Below, piece after piece: positions 34,176 to 46,236 of a stretch of 64,000 nt of DNA. This DNA is from Plasmodiophora brassicae (Eukaryota): NCBI GenBank assembly GCA_036867785.1, contig CP145422.1, forward strand, positions 310,001-374,000. The letters run 5' to 3'. Below the pieces are notes generated by a model. The model was given only the letters and a program-made list of their open reading frames with translations, was not told the DNA's origin and searched no databases. Position 1 is the first letter of the stretch. Each line of letters starts with the position of its first letter. Made by a program: the position numbers and the translations under genes.

Positions 34176-35722
34176 TCACCGGCGACGACCTGTACAGACT
34201 GCCACCGCGGCAGCGGACGCAACGGCAACGACGCCGATGGCGCTGTAGAAGATCCTGTCCTGGACGAGTGCCCTTCGCCGGGCGACGTCATAGGGCGTAC
34301 GCGTGAACGAGACCATCGTGTAGAGCGGCACCCAGGCCTTGGGGCAAACCGCATGCAGCACCTATGCGCATCCGGTTACCATCACAGCAAGGGGTACTCG
34401 ATATCGGTTGCACCGACGTACGGCCTCAACGCGTTTCTTGGCGCGGAACAGGAACGAATCCGTCTTGGAGCTCATCTCGACGAAATTCTCCAGCGACAGG
34501 TCGGCAAGTGCGATGCCAGCAGGTTGGCGCTCCCGGTTGAACTGTTCCAGGCAGGCGCGGACGTCACGGCGGGCGTGGCGCGCCCAGATGTCGGCAAACA
34601 ATAGAGCATCCTCGAACCCGGCGTTCATGCCCTGCCCATAGAATGGTACAACGGCATGCGCTGCATCGCCAAGGAGGACGACAACGCCCGTGTTCCAAGG
34701 CGAGCACTTGACAGTGACCAGCGGGCTAGACGGCGCCGCGTGCACTTGGGCGACCAGGTCGGGCGCGCCGATCAGGTCGACGAAGTCGGGATACAGTTCC
34801 GTGAAGTACGCCCCGATGCTGGACGGGTCGGCGTCCAGCGCGTCCAGGTCGGCCCATGGCGCGAACAGGGTCGCCGTGAACGACCGGTCCCGATTCGGCA
34901 ACGCTATCAGCATGCCCCGGGCATGCCTTGGCCAGATGTGCAGATTGTTGGGGGAGGCGAGCGCGAACTCGCCCTGGCTGCCGGCCGGGATCGTCAGCTC
35001 CTTGTACCCGGCCGAAAGGAACTCCTGCGAGACGTTCACCCGCGAGCACTTGCTCATGGAATCGCGCACTGACTAATACGGCAGTCAGAGCGCCCGACAC
35101 GCGAGCGTCGCTGGCGAACGCCTACAGAGAACGCTCCGTCGGCGCCGACGATCATGTCGAACGAGACGACCTGTTTGTTGCCGTGTCGGTCAACGGTCGT
35201 CAGTTTGCCATCCGGCTGGATGCGCTCGACGGTCGTTTCGAACCGGAACGTGATGCGATCGGTGGCGGCGAGCGCATCCAGCAGGAACGCATTCAGGTCG
35301 GACCTGGCGACCGAGTAGATTGCCTGACCGGCATGACCGTACGGCTGGATCTTGGCGGGCCCGTCCAGCGAATGGATGCAGCGGCCCTCCATGGCGATCA
35401 GCAGCGGCTGGACCCTGTCAAACAGGTCGGCCGCTTTCAACGCCTCGATTCCACGATGCGATAGCGCTAGGTTGATTGATCTGCCATGCGGCAGGTGCGT
35501 CAGACGACGTCCGGGAGCACACCGACTATCGTACCGTTTGTTCGGATTCGTCATCTGTCCGAACTCGGTGGTGACGAGGTCGGCGCGCAGGTCGGCGCGC
35601 TTCTCGATGATCGTCAGGCGGTGGCCGGCCCGGGCCAGCAGCAGAGCGACCATGGAGCCGGTCAGGCCGGCGCCCACCACCGCGATATCGCATTCGGGGA
35701 CGCCATCCCCCGGCGTTGCCAT
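34176..35722 (-). CDS. KMO: Kynurenine 3-monooxygenase (spliced)
   Basis: GAGLTG, RSINLALSHRG, HIWPR..MLIALPN, GDAAHAVVPFYGQGMNAGFED, PLYTMVSF, C-terminal TM. Confidence 0.93.
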
Positions 35723-36077
35723 GCCCGCCACTACTTACTGTACGAGGCGTCCCCCCGCCGGCCGCCTGGCACCACGAGCCGCGCGACGGCCGTCCAATGT
35801 GTCAACCGGCAAAAAAGAAGCACGAACACGACAACGACGTCATGGCGAGACCTGCCTGCCTATGTACAAGGTGAGACGACGCCAGACGGACTGCACCACG
35901 GGCCGCCCATGACGGTTCATCGGGCCCCGCAAGACAGATGTAACACTGCACTGCGCGACTGCAACGCAGCGTTCACCAAGTCGGTCGGTCGTCAGCGCAG
36001 CAGCACGCGCAGTCGGCGTTGGGGGCGCTATCGCGCACCAGCGATCGAGGTACGTACCGAGCGGCGCCGGCCAACAC

Positions 36078-36449
36078 GTGCCGTGCTCCGTTACGGACGC
36101 TATGTGCTCCACGCTTGCTTGCGACGCCTGTCGGAACAAATGGGCGCTGTACGCTGTCGCCCAGATGCCGTACGTGCGCGCCCAGATCACTGCCATCCTC
36201 GATCGCAAGGACACGAACGACGACGACAAGGTCGACGAGATTGCCCATGTGCTGCGTCGGTACGTCAAGGCAGTTGAACCACCCGATGCCGGTGCGGGAA
36301 CGCCGCGGCCAGTGCAGGCGCATGCTACGACGACAGGCACCGTACCTGCCTCGCAGCAGCAGCAGCAGCGATTCCTGCCCAACGAAACGTTCGACATGCT
36401 GTACACCGCCGCCCAGATGTATTCTCCGTCGTGCCTATATCATCGATGA
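36078..36449 (+). CDS. Truncated paralog of the 30706 zinc finger protein (5' end uncertain)
   Basis: ALYAVAQMPYVRAQITAILDRKDTNDDDKVDEIA matches MLYAVAQMPHVRAQIKSVLDRKDINDENKVDKIA. Confidence 0.6.
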   Translation: MPCSVTDAMCSTLACDACRNKWALYAVAQMPYVRAQITAILDRKDTNDDDKVDEIAHVLRRYVKAVEPPDAGAGTPRPVQAHATTTGTVPASQQQQQRFLPNETFDMLYTAAQMYSPSCLYHR

Positions 36450-36984
36450 CGTCAACGCCGGCCTGGTTGCCGATGTGCTTCGTCCAGTGGTCGATAGTGC
36501 ATCGGCAAACCGCAGAACGTCGCCAGCAAACGAGAAAGCGCCGCGCCACGGTCACAACTGGCCCAGACTTCGCTGAGCGTCATTACAGGCGCCATGCACG
36601 ACGAATGCCTGGTACGTTACCTGGCCGCTGGGTCCTGCCTGATGCATCGGCGCCCTTCTACCTAGGACGCCTTGTCGCTTGCACTCCGTCCTACGACGCC
36701 GAGCCGCTTGACACGCCCCCTGTTCGTCGTCGTCGCTTTGTCCCTACCGTGCAGAGCGTGTTCCTGTGTTGGACCCATACACGGTACCTGCGGACGTATC
36801 TTCACGTGTGAATGGTATGGGATGGGATGGTTCCCGAGAAGGTTCCGGGGCGGCGACTGCGCGACAGTCGGCTGCTGCTGGTCGGCGGTGGTGCCTGCCG
36901 CCTGGCCCTGGGTGGGCTGACCGCACCTGCGACAGGCGGAGTTGGGCGCCATCCGCATTTGGCAGCGGCGCTCCGCCACACGCG

Positions 36985-37542
36985 ATGGGGCATTCAAGGC
37001 TGCCGCTGCTGTCGCTGCCGCGCGTGCTCGGCAAATCCGAGCTCCAGCATTACACGTACGCCCTGGAGATGCTGGCGCTGGCGCGCGACCCCGAGTACTG
37101 GAAGCCGTCGTACGACCAGCTGCGCAACATGTACGCCCGGTACAGCGTGCCCGGGATCAGCTACAAACCCGGCCTGGCCGAGTTGCTCTACATGTACGAA
37201 TGCATGCGGGTGGCCAGGTTCGCGCGCGTCCCCCGCCTACCCGGGCAGAAATACTACGACGCCCTGTTCTGGAACGAACCCGTTATCGATACGCTGCTGG
37301 CGCGGTTCGCCGTCACGCCGACGCCGACCGTGCCCCGCGTCCTGGCCGACCACCAGCAATGGCTGGAAGACCAGGACCCGGACCCGGAGCTCGCCTTCCA
37401 CCTGCAGGAGAAGGAGCTCAGGGCGAAGTTCGCGCTTCGAGCGCAGACACCCGCCAAACCGAAACGACCCGCCAAGCCAAGCAGCCCGTCCAAGCCCGCA
37501 ACCACGCCGGCCGACGCCGTCGTCGACTCCGACGATGACTAG
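36985..37542 (+). CDS. Hypothetical protein, tandem paralog 1
   Basis: GC3-biased ORF colinear with 37722-38306 (YTYALE.LALARDP.YW.P.YD.L). Confidence 0.8.
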   Translation: MGHSRLPLLSLPRVLGKSELQHYTYALEMLALARDPEYWKPSYDQLRNMYARYSVPGISYKPGLAELLYMYECMRVARFARVPRLPGQKYYDALFWNEPVIDTLLARFAVTPTPTVPRVLADHQQWLEDQDPDPELAFHLQEKELRAKFALRAQTPAKPKRPAKPSSPSKPATTPADAVVDSDDD

Positions 37543-37721
37543 CACGAACCACGATATGCCATTTCGGTTTTATTATACGATGCAACGTCCTGCAGGCCCA
37601 TTCGCCCTTGGGGAGCGCTGCTGGCGCCAAGCCGAGCGCTGACTGGCGTTGCGTGCGCGTGATTCCGCCGGGGCCTGCCCGTACGTACGACCTGGACGGA
37701 CGGCGCTGGCGCTGCGCACCG

Positions 37722-38306
37722 ATGGGTAAGCGCACGGCTCCGACGATCAGCTTCTCGCGTGCCATGACGCGGACGGCGCTGCAGCGGTACACGTACGCGC
37801 TGGAGCTGCTGGCGCTGGCGCGGGACCCGGCGTACTGGCGCCCGACCTACGACCGCCTGGTGAACCTGTACGGCAGGTATCACGTGCCCGGCGTCATGGA
37901 CAAGCCGGGCGTTGCGCAGCTGCTCGACATGTACGATTGCCTGCGTGTCGCCAAGCACACGAAAGTGCCACGACGCGTCGGGCAGGCATGGCGGGAGGTC
38001 GTCCTCTGGAATGAGCCCGTCGTCGACGCCCTCCTGGACCGGTTCGCCGTATCGCCCGCGCCCAGCATCGAGTGTGCCGTTCGCGACCATATGGTCTGGC
38101 TGCGTGACCAGGATACCGATGTCGAGTTCCGTCGCCAGGAGATCGACCTGAGGAACGACCTGACCAGCAAACGTGTCGCCCGTCTGCGCCGGCGCCGCCA
38201 GGAAGAGATCGAAGAGGATCGCCGCCTAGAGCAACAGGAACTCCAACTGCAGAAGTACGTTGAGCAGTACCACAAAGAACGGGAACAGCCACCTGACGTC
38301 GATTGA
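37722..38306 (+). CDS. Hypothetical protein, tandem paralog 2, coiled-coil tail
   Basis: Shares the core with 36985-37542, including WNEPV.D.LL.RFAV. Confidence 0.8.
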   Translation: MGKRTAPTISFSRAMTRTALQRYTYALELLALARDPAYWRPTYDRLVNLYGRYHVPGVMDKPGVAQLLDMYDCLRVAKHTKVPRRVGQAWREVVLWNEPVVDALLDRFAVSPAPSIECAVRDHMVWLRDQDTDVEFRRQEIDLRNDLTSKRVARLRRRRQEEIEEDRRLEQQELQLQKYVEQYHKEREQPPDVD

Positions 38307-38861
38307 CCTGTGCCCGCCCAGCTAGGCGTGATGTTCGTCAATTCGCACGTAATACAATATAAGTATGGATCAGATACCTCGGTCAAGTGTCGCGGCCCCT
38401 AATATCGACAAGGGCAGCCGCCCACGACCTATCTCACCAGACGGTGCCCAGCTGACCTCGACGTCACGCATCAGTTAAGCTTGCTCGTTATTGTCGGACC
38501 CGTACGTGCACTCGCATCCACATCCCTCTTGCTGACATGCGCTAGCGACGTCTGTCGCTTGCATCCAATTGCGAATACTGTCTGGAGTGTACCCGGTTAT
38601 GGTATAGTTATCCGAGTTCTGACTGCACCATATTCATAGCGGTCAGGACGTCCCCAGAGCCCCCGGCCCTGCGTTCTTGTTGGAGATTTGAAGACATGCA
38701 TGCAGGACTGCGCTGTGACCTACAAAGGTCCACATTGGGGGTTGACCCAGACCAGGACCGTATTCAACGAGGCGCCATCAACCGCATGGCAAATGCTGGA
38801 TACAATGTCGCGCTCGGGTACCGATGGTATCGGCTTTTGGAACGCAGCAGGTGCCGGCGAT

Positions 38862-38957
38862 GAGGCTGCAATAATCGTGGGCCCTGAGGCTGCAATGATC
38901 GTGGGCCCTGAGGCTGCAATGATCGTGGGCCCTGAGGCTGCAATGATCGTGGGCCCC
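38862..38957. repeat. 24-bp minisatellite x4
   Basis: gaggctgcaatgatcgtgggccct repeated four times. Confidence 0.95.
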
Positions 38958-39617
38958 TTCCGCACATTCGTCAGGTAGGTATCCTGCAAACGAACAAAAA
39001 GCGGTTACATCACCATGCGGTTCCCCGGTGGTCCCCCTCCCGAGTACTGAACAGGCCAAACACCATTTGGCTTCGCAATTCGGAATGAGATACGGCACAT
39101 TCGGTGTTGTATGAACGTAACCGGTATGCAGAGCGCCACGACGCGGTTTCGTCGTAGCCGACACGCTCGGTATCCAGACAGCGTCGACAGAAAGGGACTA
39201 TTGTGTCACGACGGAGTCGCCAAGGCGATTCAGCCGTGTAGGCGACAGTTCTATCGCCACCAACGGTACCGCGGTGCCCGCACTTGGGAGACGAGCGATT
39301 CCGCATACGTCTGCGCGCAGCTGCCCTACCAAGGCAAAGGCGCCTGTTCCCTTGTCGCTACCGGGTCGCCACATATGGTTCAGCCGCCCACTAACTATGC
39401 ACTTGCCTGGATACATGACGTGCGCGAAACAGAAAGCCAATAGAGAAACGGCACAGGGGCAGTAGGCGCAGGCAGGCCAACAGCTGTTTCCTGTCGCGTC
39501 GCGACGTCGGCATGACTCTTGATTTATTGTTGGGAGGGAGGATTGCGTGCTGGGCCGAACGGACACGACACGACCGTCGATCACGTGCGTCAACCACAGC
39601 GGCAGCGCGCTCGGTCC

Positions 39618-40755
39618 TCACTCGTCGTCGTCGATGAAAGGCATGTTACCAGGACGGGACAGCGCTGCAATGAGGGTTTTCGTGAAACCGAGCGTGCCCG
39701 CCTGACCATACGTGTTGCAGGTGGGCGACGCCGGCCCCGACGGGCAATCCGTGTCGCGATCCAGTGACCACATGTGCAGGCCGCCCAGGCCATTCCGCAA
39801 CGCGAACCTCGCCAGCGTGCGCACATCATCGATCGTGAACGTCTCGTCCGGCGTGTCGTTGCCGCCGATCATGGGCGTCACCTCGATCTGCGCGTATGGC
39901 AGGTTGTAGGCCTTGTGCAGGTTGACAGCCGACCGGACCGCAGAGCGCCCCATCTGACACTGGCCGGTCGTGTTCGACACGATACAGTTGCCGCCGGTCG
40001 AGCTCCCGTAGTCCATCGCCATCAGGTTGATGTAGTACCCGGTCAGGGCATACCGGGCGATCGACGACATGACCATGGTGCCGTGATGGCCCAGGCTCGG
40101 CTGGGCCGTCCCGCCCAGCGTCGCCACTGTGAAACTCCAGCGAAGGCCCGGGAACACGGCCTGGGCCACCTTGACGCGCTGCACCAGGCTGTCGACGTCC
40201 GCCTGCGTCTGCCCACCCTCAATGTCGAAATCGAACCCGACCAGCGACCGCGAGTTGTACCGGGCGACGAAGGCCAGGAAGTCGGCGTCGCGGGCGCAGC
40301 GGAAGGTGCCCTGGGCGCCACCCGTCGAGACAATGTATCCCAGGCCGGCGTCGACCCAGCGTGGCACATTCGCCTTGACGATCGTGCTGCTGGGCACGCC
40401 CACCCACGTCTCCGATCCGCACGTTCCGCCTGCGAACGCCCAGGTCACCGTCGACACGCCCAGCGACTGCACCAACGACACTAGCGACGTGGACGAGCCG
40501 TTCACGCCCGTCCCGAATTCGTTGCTGCTCCTAGCCGCGATCATGGGTCAGGTCGCAACCGATCGATCAGCCACGGTCGTCATCGCACCAGTTCAAGTGG
40601 ATGCCAATGTCCTTGTACGGGCTGAACATCACGCGTGACTCGACGACCGCGATGCCACAGACGACCACGGCGGCGGTCAGCACGGCCACCGGTGCGACAC
40701 CCCTCGGGCCTGGCAACATTCTTGTGGGGATCCGCGCCATCGGAGCCTTCGGCAT
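39618..40755 (-). CDS. Secreted single-domain GH18 chitinase-like protein
   Basis: Hydrophobic leader, [30 protein letters not shown]; intron 40531-40588; start ATG uncertain. Confidence 0.88.
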
Positions 40756-40826
40756 TTGCTGCCGGTGCCGTCGTCGTACGTGCCGCGACGTCGACCGCCC
40801 ATACAATGTTGATTTATGTACAGCGC

Positions 40827-42344
40827 CTACACGATGGTGACCAGGGCGACACCCTGTCGGGACCGTTGAATCGCGTCGCGCAGGTCGGCGTCGTCGCGAT
40901 CGGACCATGGCCGCCCGCTATTGATACATTCGACACGCCGTTGCTGGAGGCGGGCGACCTCAGCGCATTGCGGGTCACCGCTGACGACCATGACGAGCGT
41001 GTGGGGAGGTGCCGCTCCCAGCAGCGCCTGCAGGCCCTCGTTGAGGTCGGCATCGCCCGAATCGAACAGCGTCTTGAGGCGGCAGACGATCAGGTCGAAC
41101 GGCGACTGGGAGCGCAGGGCGCTGGTCGTACATCGGACAACGTCGCCAGGCGACGATGCGGTTTGCGCCGATACGATCGACGGCGACAGGGCGGCCAGCG
41201 TCTGCGCGTCATCGATCCAGGCGGATCGGCGGGCGAATCGATGGACGGCCTCCATGATGGTCGGGCGCTGGGCAGTGGACGCGCTGGGCAGCGCAAAGTG
41301 TGGCCCGTTGGCGATCTTCAGCGACACCAGCGCCATGGTCGTCTTGGCGTCGATGCGGCTGTCGTGGCACCCGTCCTGGATCGTGGTCGACAGGTACCGG
41401 CGTGCCAGGTACCGCAGCGAGTGCTTGCGGCCAGGTCGCCCGGTCGGGTACAGCACCGACGTATCGATGCAATGGTCATGGACGATACGCAGGGCGCGCA
41501 GGTCGTTCTCCAGGGAATGGCCGCAGAGGATGGCGGATTCGGCGCCCATCAACGCCAACAGGCGATCGCGCGCCTCCTCCAGCGTCGTCTGGACGGGCTC
41601 GAGCAGTTCAGCAGTGATCCCACTGTACCTGGTGTTGTAGTCGACGATGGGCGACGCGGGGCGCACCAGCGTGTCATACAGGACGACCAGGTCGGCATCG
41701 ACAACGGACAGACGCGTCAGTTCGAGGCCGTTGGCGGTGGTGCACATCTCGCAGTCGACGGCCAGAAGGCGTGCACTGGCGAGGTCGGCAACGGGTGGCG
41801 CTCGACGCCAACCGTCGTCAGTCAGGCACGTCGGCAGCGGGTACTCATTGGCGATTAGCTCCTCTTGCGTCAGACGGTAGGACGATGCCGACGGCAAAGG
41901 CGCGGATGCGGCCGCCAGTTTACGCTGCTTGCGCGCCTGTGCCTTGGAGGTGGCAATCTGGCACGTAATGATGGATTCCAGGACGCAGGTGGCGCTGAAC
42001 GACGACGCTGGCAGCGATAGGGGAAGGCGACAGGCGGACTGGAGGTGTCCGGACAGCACTGATGCAGAATGGGTGGTCAGACCGGGTACCACGACGACGA
42101 GCGCGCAGTTGAGGAGCGGGCGGTGTCGCAGGCAGAACCACTGCGGATTATCACAGTCGGCCAGGGCCCACATCAGGACCTGATGCAGGTGCGACATGCG
42201 AATCGGGTCGGGAACGCCTGTGCATAGGTGGAAGGTCGGGCGCAGATCGTTGCCGAATTGGCGCAGGTACTCGGCGCGTGCCGACAGACGCTGCTGGACG
42301 ACACTGCCGCGCGCGTCTGCGCGTTGGCGTCGCTTGCGACCCAT
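40827..42344 (-). CDS. DEDDh RNA exonuclease, REXO1/Rex1 family
   Basis: LAVDCEM, DYNTRYSGIT, GHSLENDL, IDTS, HDSRIDA. Confidence 0.93.
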   Translation of the reverse strand: MGRKRRQRADARGSVVQQRLSARAEYLRQFGNDLRPTFHLCTGVPDPIRMSHLHQVLMWALADCDNPQWFCLRHRPLLNCALVVVVPGLTTHSASVLSGHLQSACRLPLSLPASSFSATCVLESIITCQIATSKAQARKQRKLAAASAPLPSASSYRLTQEELIANEYPLPTCLTDDGWRRAPPVADLASARLLAVDCEMCTTANGLELTRLSVVDADLVVLYDTLVRPASPIVDYNTRYSGITAELLEPVQTTLEEARDRLLALMGAESAILCGHSLENDLRALRIVHDHCIDTSVLYPTGRPGRKHSLRYLARRYLSTTIQDGCHDSRIDAKTTMALVSLKIANGPHFALPSASTAQRPTIMEAVHRFARRSAWIDDAQTLAALSPSIVSAQTASSPGDVVRCTTSALRSQSPFDLIVCRLKTLFDSGDADLNEGLQALLGAAPPHTLVMVVSGDPQCAEVARLQQRRVECINSGRPWSDRDDADLRDAIQRSRQGVALVTIV

Positions 42345-43951
42345 TCAGCCCGCTGCTGGCCAGCCCCACGGCGCCGCCGCGCCAACGTCGTGACACACCG
42401 CTGCACTGCACGGACGGCGAGTCGCGCAGTCCGCCGGAAATAGCCGCGGGGCGACCGCACACATCGTGGTACAGCTACGGCCGCACCTGAAGATGGTGAA
42501 CCGAGCCGTCCCGAGTTCAATTCATCTGCGAAGGCCGGGGTTCGTCGTCGAGATGCTAGTTTGGTAACCGACAAGATCAGCAACCCGAAATACTCGCCCA
42601 TCCAGAGCAGTCAACACCGATGTCTACGACCAAATCATTGTTGCGCGCGACGCCCTCAACGTCCATCGACGACGGGGCCGGCGTAACTGGCGGATCCGTC
42701 CCAGGGCATGAGCGCTATCGTATTTCTTGGTCAACAAGACTGGGTGACAGCGGTTCAACGATGAGGCGCTCCACGGTCCAGTTAGATGAATGCAAGCCAA
42801 CTCCAGGGACGTGTATTGAAATAAATCGCAATCGCTAAACTATTGTTCGGGTGCCTGCCGTCGTGTAACGTACCTCCCATATTACGAGCTCACCAAGTCT
42901 GTATCAACAAAACGTCAGTATTCGGGTGGCAGTGTTGCAGCGAGGCGCACTGGCAGCAACGATGCTCCATCAGAGTAAGGATGACACAATTTTGAGTCGT
43001 CATGATAAGGATCGGAGAGATTCCCATTGCATTGATTCATCACGCGGAGCAGCGCGCGCCCAGGCAACAACGCTACGATGAGGACGTACCCTGGCGATGG
43101 CAATTGTCGGACGACGCCCGGCGGGTTTTGAATGAATGCCGTACGGACACCGCAGCGGCCCTCGGTCCGCTGCCCCTGGACGACAATATTAGGGCCATCG
43201 CTCATACACTACGGACCGGTACACGTTTGCGTAGCAGATCGTGGCGTCTGCAGACCCAGCGCGGCTACATAGGTAGCGCGGGTGCCCCAGGAGAGCTTGC
43301 ACTCATCGGTACCGTTAGCCGTGTCGTGGTACTTCGTAGCAAACCAGGGTCTTCCTGACGTGGACGTGGCCGTCAGCCATGTTTGTCTTTCGTTCTCTCT
43401 GGCACCAATATTGACCAGGTAATGAAGGGAGGGTACGGCTCTTCTCCAAGATCTGCGTTAATCTGCCGAGCAGCCATGTAGCCCAAATACCAGAAGCCCG
43501 TCTGTATTTCGTTCCGATCGCCTGCTAGGCGAGAGATCAAGAGATTCGTGTGGCGGTGTGGGTCACCCCTTGCGGCACGAAGCTAAACCCGGAACTCCCA
43601 TACGACAAAGCAACCGAATCCACCCGCATCCCATTCTCGTTCAATCTGCCAACCCACCAACCCACCGAACGGGTAACCCGCGTTCCCGCCGCATCGGTAT
43701 CCCGGATACGGCACGTGTTTACGGAACATGCTCACAAACAGGCCAGCCACAATGAGAATGCCCGCGAACCGCTGCATACCGCTGGTAACGTCGATGAGAA
43801 CTAGCTGAGCCGGTAACACGGCTGGCTCGCCCCCCTCCCCCACCGCCCCTCCATGCAGAGCTACGCGAGTTTGGCTTGCAGGGTGCTTGATCAGGTGTCC
43901 AGTGAACGGTGATTCCGAACAGTCCGATCAGTACACCATCTGTTTTACGTT

Positions 43952-44619
43952 CTAGCGTTGGGCATGTCGAGCCTTGAGCAGCGCTGAGACGTTCTTGAAA
44001 TTGAGGTCGTCGGCCGTCCCCAGCAAGCGGAACGCGATCGCTTCGCTGGTGGTCAGGCGTACACCATCGCGTGCCATCTGCTGCAATGCAACATCCATGT
44101 CCATCGGTCGCTGGCTGCCAACGGCATCGCACACGACGTGGACGGTGACGCCAATGCCGAGTAGGTCAAGGGCCGATTGGTGTACGCAGACGTGGGTCTG
44201 GGATACGACGAACTCAGAGAGAGAGAATAACAGGGACGTCCCATGGTGTGTGTACCTCGATCCCAACAAGTACGACGTCCTTGACATGGTTCTCCCTGAG
44301 CCAGGCGCTGACCTGCGGGGTCACCATCGAGAATTGCATCTTGTTGACCTTAATGGCGGCATTGTCGAGCGGGCCCAGGTCGTCGACAGTCTTGCCAAGC
44401 CGTTCCGGGTTCTGTACGCCGGTCAACGACGAGGCCAACTTCGCGGTACAGACGACCCCCGACCTGCTCGGTGACGACAATCGGGATCCGCATCGTGCGA
44501 CAGACGTCCACCATCAGCCGGGCACTGCGCACGATATCGGGGAAGTTCGCGACAACATGCGCGAACCGCTCCTGCAGGTCGCATACGAAGAGGGCGCTGC
44601 GCCGCCGCAGGGTCGCCAT
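43952..44619 (-). CDS. Isochorismatase-domain protein (ISOC1/2-like, spliced)
   Basis: CDLQERF, VTEQ|NPERLGKT, KMQFSM, GIE|THVCVHQSALDL, TTSE; two short introns. Confidence 0.9.
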
Positions 44620-44805
44620 CCGGTCACGGAGCACGACTCGGCAGCCCCGGGCGCAGTTCGCCGCGTTCGCCACTCGCAGTCGCACCACCGCCCCCCGGAT
44701 CAATACAATATTAATCCGTGCATTGTTATTCGGAACGGAGATCGGCCCCGGCGGTCGCCATCTTGTCTGCAGCTTCCAGTGGCCGCGGGTTCATTTTGAT
44801 TCGGC

Positions 44806-45333
44806 ATGGGCAACTTGTGGTCGTCGGCGCCGACGACGGGCGACCAGTACCGGGCGGAGGCGGCCGTGCACGCGGCCAGACGTGCAGAGTTGCTGTCCCG
44901 GTCGCAGGCGGCGTGGCGTGCCGGCGATAAGGCGCTGGCGAAATCGCTGTCGGATGCGGGCAAGGCCGAGGGCGCGCGTGTCCTAGAGGCGAATGCCCGC
45001 GCGGCTGACGCGTATTTTACGTCGAACAACAAAGGCAGGCCGGTGGCCGAGGTGGACCTTCACGGGTTGTTCGCCGACGAGGCCGTCGTCCGTATCGAGG
45101 AGCGTATCAAGGCTTGTCGTGCAGCCGGCCAGCCTCATCTAGTCGTCATTGTCGGGCAAGGCAATCACAGCAAAGACGGCATCCCTGTCTTGAAACCGCG
45201 TATCCGAAACCTGATGGAGCAGTACGGGTTCTCGGTCGTCGTCGACAAACCCAACCGAGGGTGCATCCTAGTCCAGTTCGACGGGAACCGTCGCTGGGTC
45301 GACATACTCAATGCAGCATGCACCATACTTTGA
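44806..45333 (+). CDS. DUF1771 + Smr domain protein
   Basis: SQAAWRAGDKALAKSLS, VDLHGL, IVGQGNHS, NRGCILV; starts MGNLWS and ends CTIL. Confidence 0.9.
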   Translation: MGNLWSSAPTTGDQYRAEAAVHAARRAELLSRSQAAWRAGDKALAKSLSDAGKAEGARVLEANARAADAYFTSNNKGRPVAEVDLHGLFADEAVVRIEERIKACRAAGQPHLVVIVGQGNHSKDGIPVLKPRIRNLMEQYGFSVVVDKPNRGCILVQFDGNRRWVDILNAACTIL

Positions 45334-45377
45334 GATATTTGTTCGCCCGCTCAGATATTCCCGTATCTGTTACCGTC

Positions 45378-45973
45378 ATGATCTACCCGATGCTGGCGAC
45401 TGACGAGGGCGATGCCATTGTAGATAGGATCGTGGCGGGCCAGGACCAGCGCGTCTTGCACCTGCCGTACCGGCTACCGTTATCCTTCCTGCGTCGAATG
45501 TCGGCGGCCCTGCCGTTGAACTTCTCCCTCTGCCGTCTTGTTTTATCTGGGTGCTCGATCGACGACGTCGGCGGTCGAATGGTCGCCAAAGCGCTGCGAG
45601 AGAACAAGGCACTTCGGGACGTGGATCTCGGCAGGAACGTACTCGGCGACCGTACTGCTGTGGACCTGGCGAACGCGCTGTCAGTTAACGATGTCCTCGT
45701 TCGCCTCGACCTGCGATGTAATCCGATCGGCGACATTGGCGCCAAAGCGTTGTGTAAGATGCTGTCCTGCAATACGACGCTGACGTCGTTGTCCCTCTAC
45801 GAATGCTGTATCGGCAACCGAGGCATGGCCGCCCTGGCCGACGCCCTTCGAATCAGCTCTACGCTTCAGGTAACTCCTTTGAGCAGCCACCCAAAGGAAC
45901 ACCACTGAGCCATATTCCGTCTGAGCAGCGCCTTGATGTCCTCGATAACCTCAACACAAATCGATACTTTTGA
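45378..45973 (+). CDS. RNI-like leucine-rich-repeat protein
   Basis: Five LxxLxLxxNxIGD-type repeats; probable intron 45870-45928 giving TLQ|RLDVLDN. Confidence 0.75.
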
Positions 45974-46131
45974 ATTCGCCCCTTGAACGTGCACGCTCAC
46001 AGGAGATTGCAGGTCGCATTGTACAGTACGATCACGTCTATGCACTTGCCTCCGTCTACGTGTTGCACCACTGGTCGCCACGTCATCGGGTACGGTGCAA
46101 TCGATCGGTGTTGCACCGCCCGATATCTCGC

Positions 46132-46133
<2 letters not shown>

Positions 46134-46170
<37 letters not shown>
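46134..46170 (+). repeat. G37 homopolymer
   Basis: Direct count. Confidence 0.95.
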
Positions 46171-46171
<1 letters not shown>

Positions 46172-46236
46172 GACCGAGTGATCGTGGTCGAAGGGCGCGC
46201 CATTTGCCAAAGCGTTGCGTTCGAGCAACAGTCAAC

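Noticed and set aside
42440-43950. Possible non-LTR retroelement remnant (VLIDVT) or gene
   Set aside because: One short motif in fragmented frames is not enough support.
45290-45380. Spliced Smr-LRR fusion
   Set aside because: An in-frame splice can be drawn, but the Smr ORF ends in a clean CaaX box, which favours separate genes; RNA-seq would decide.
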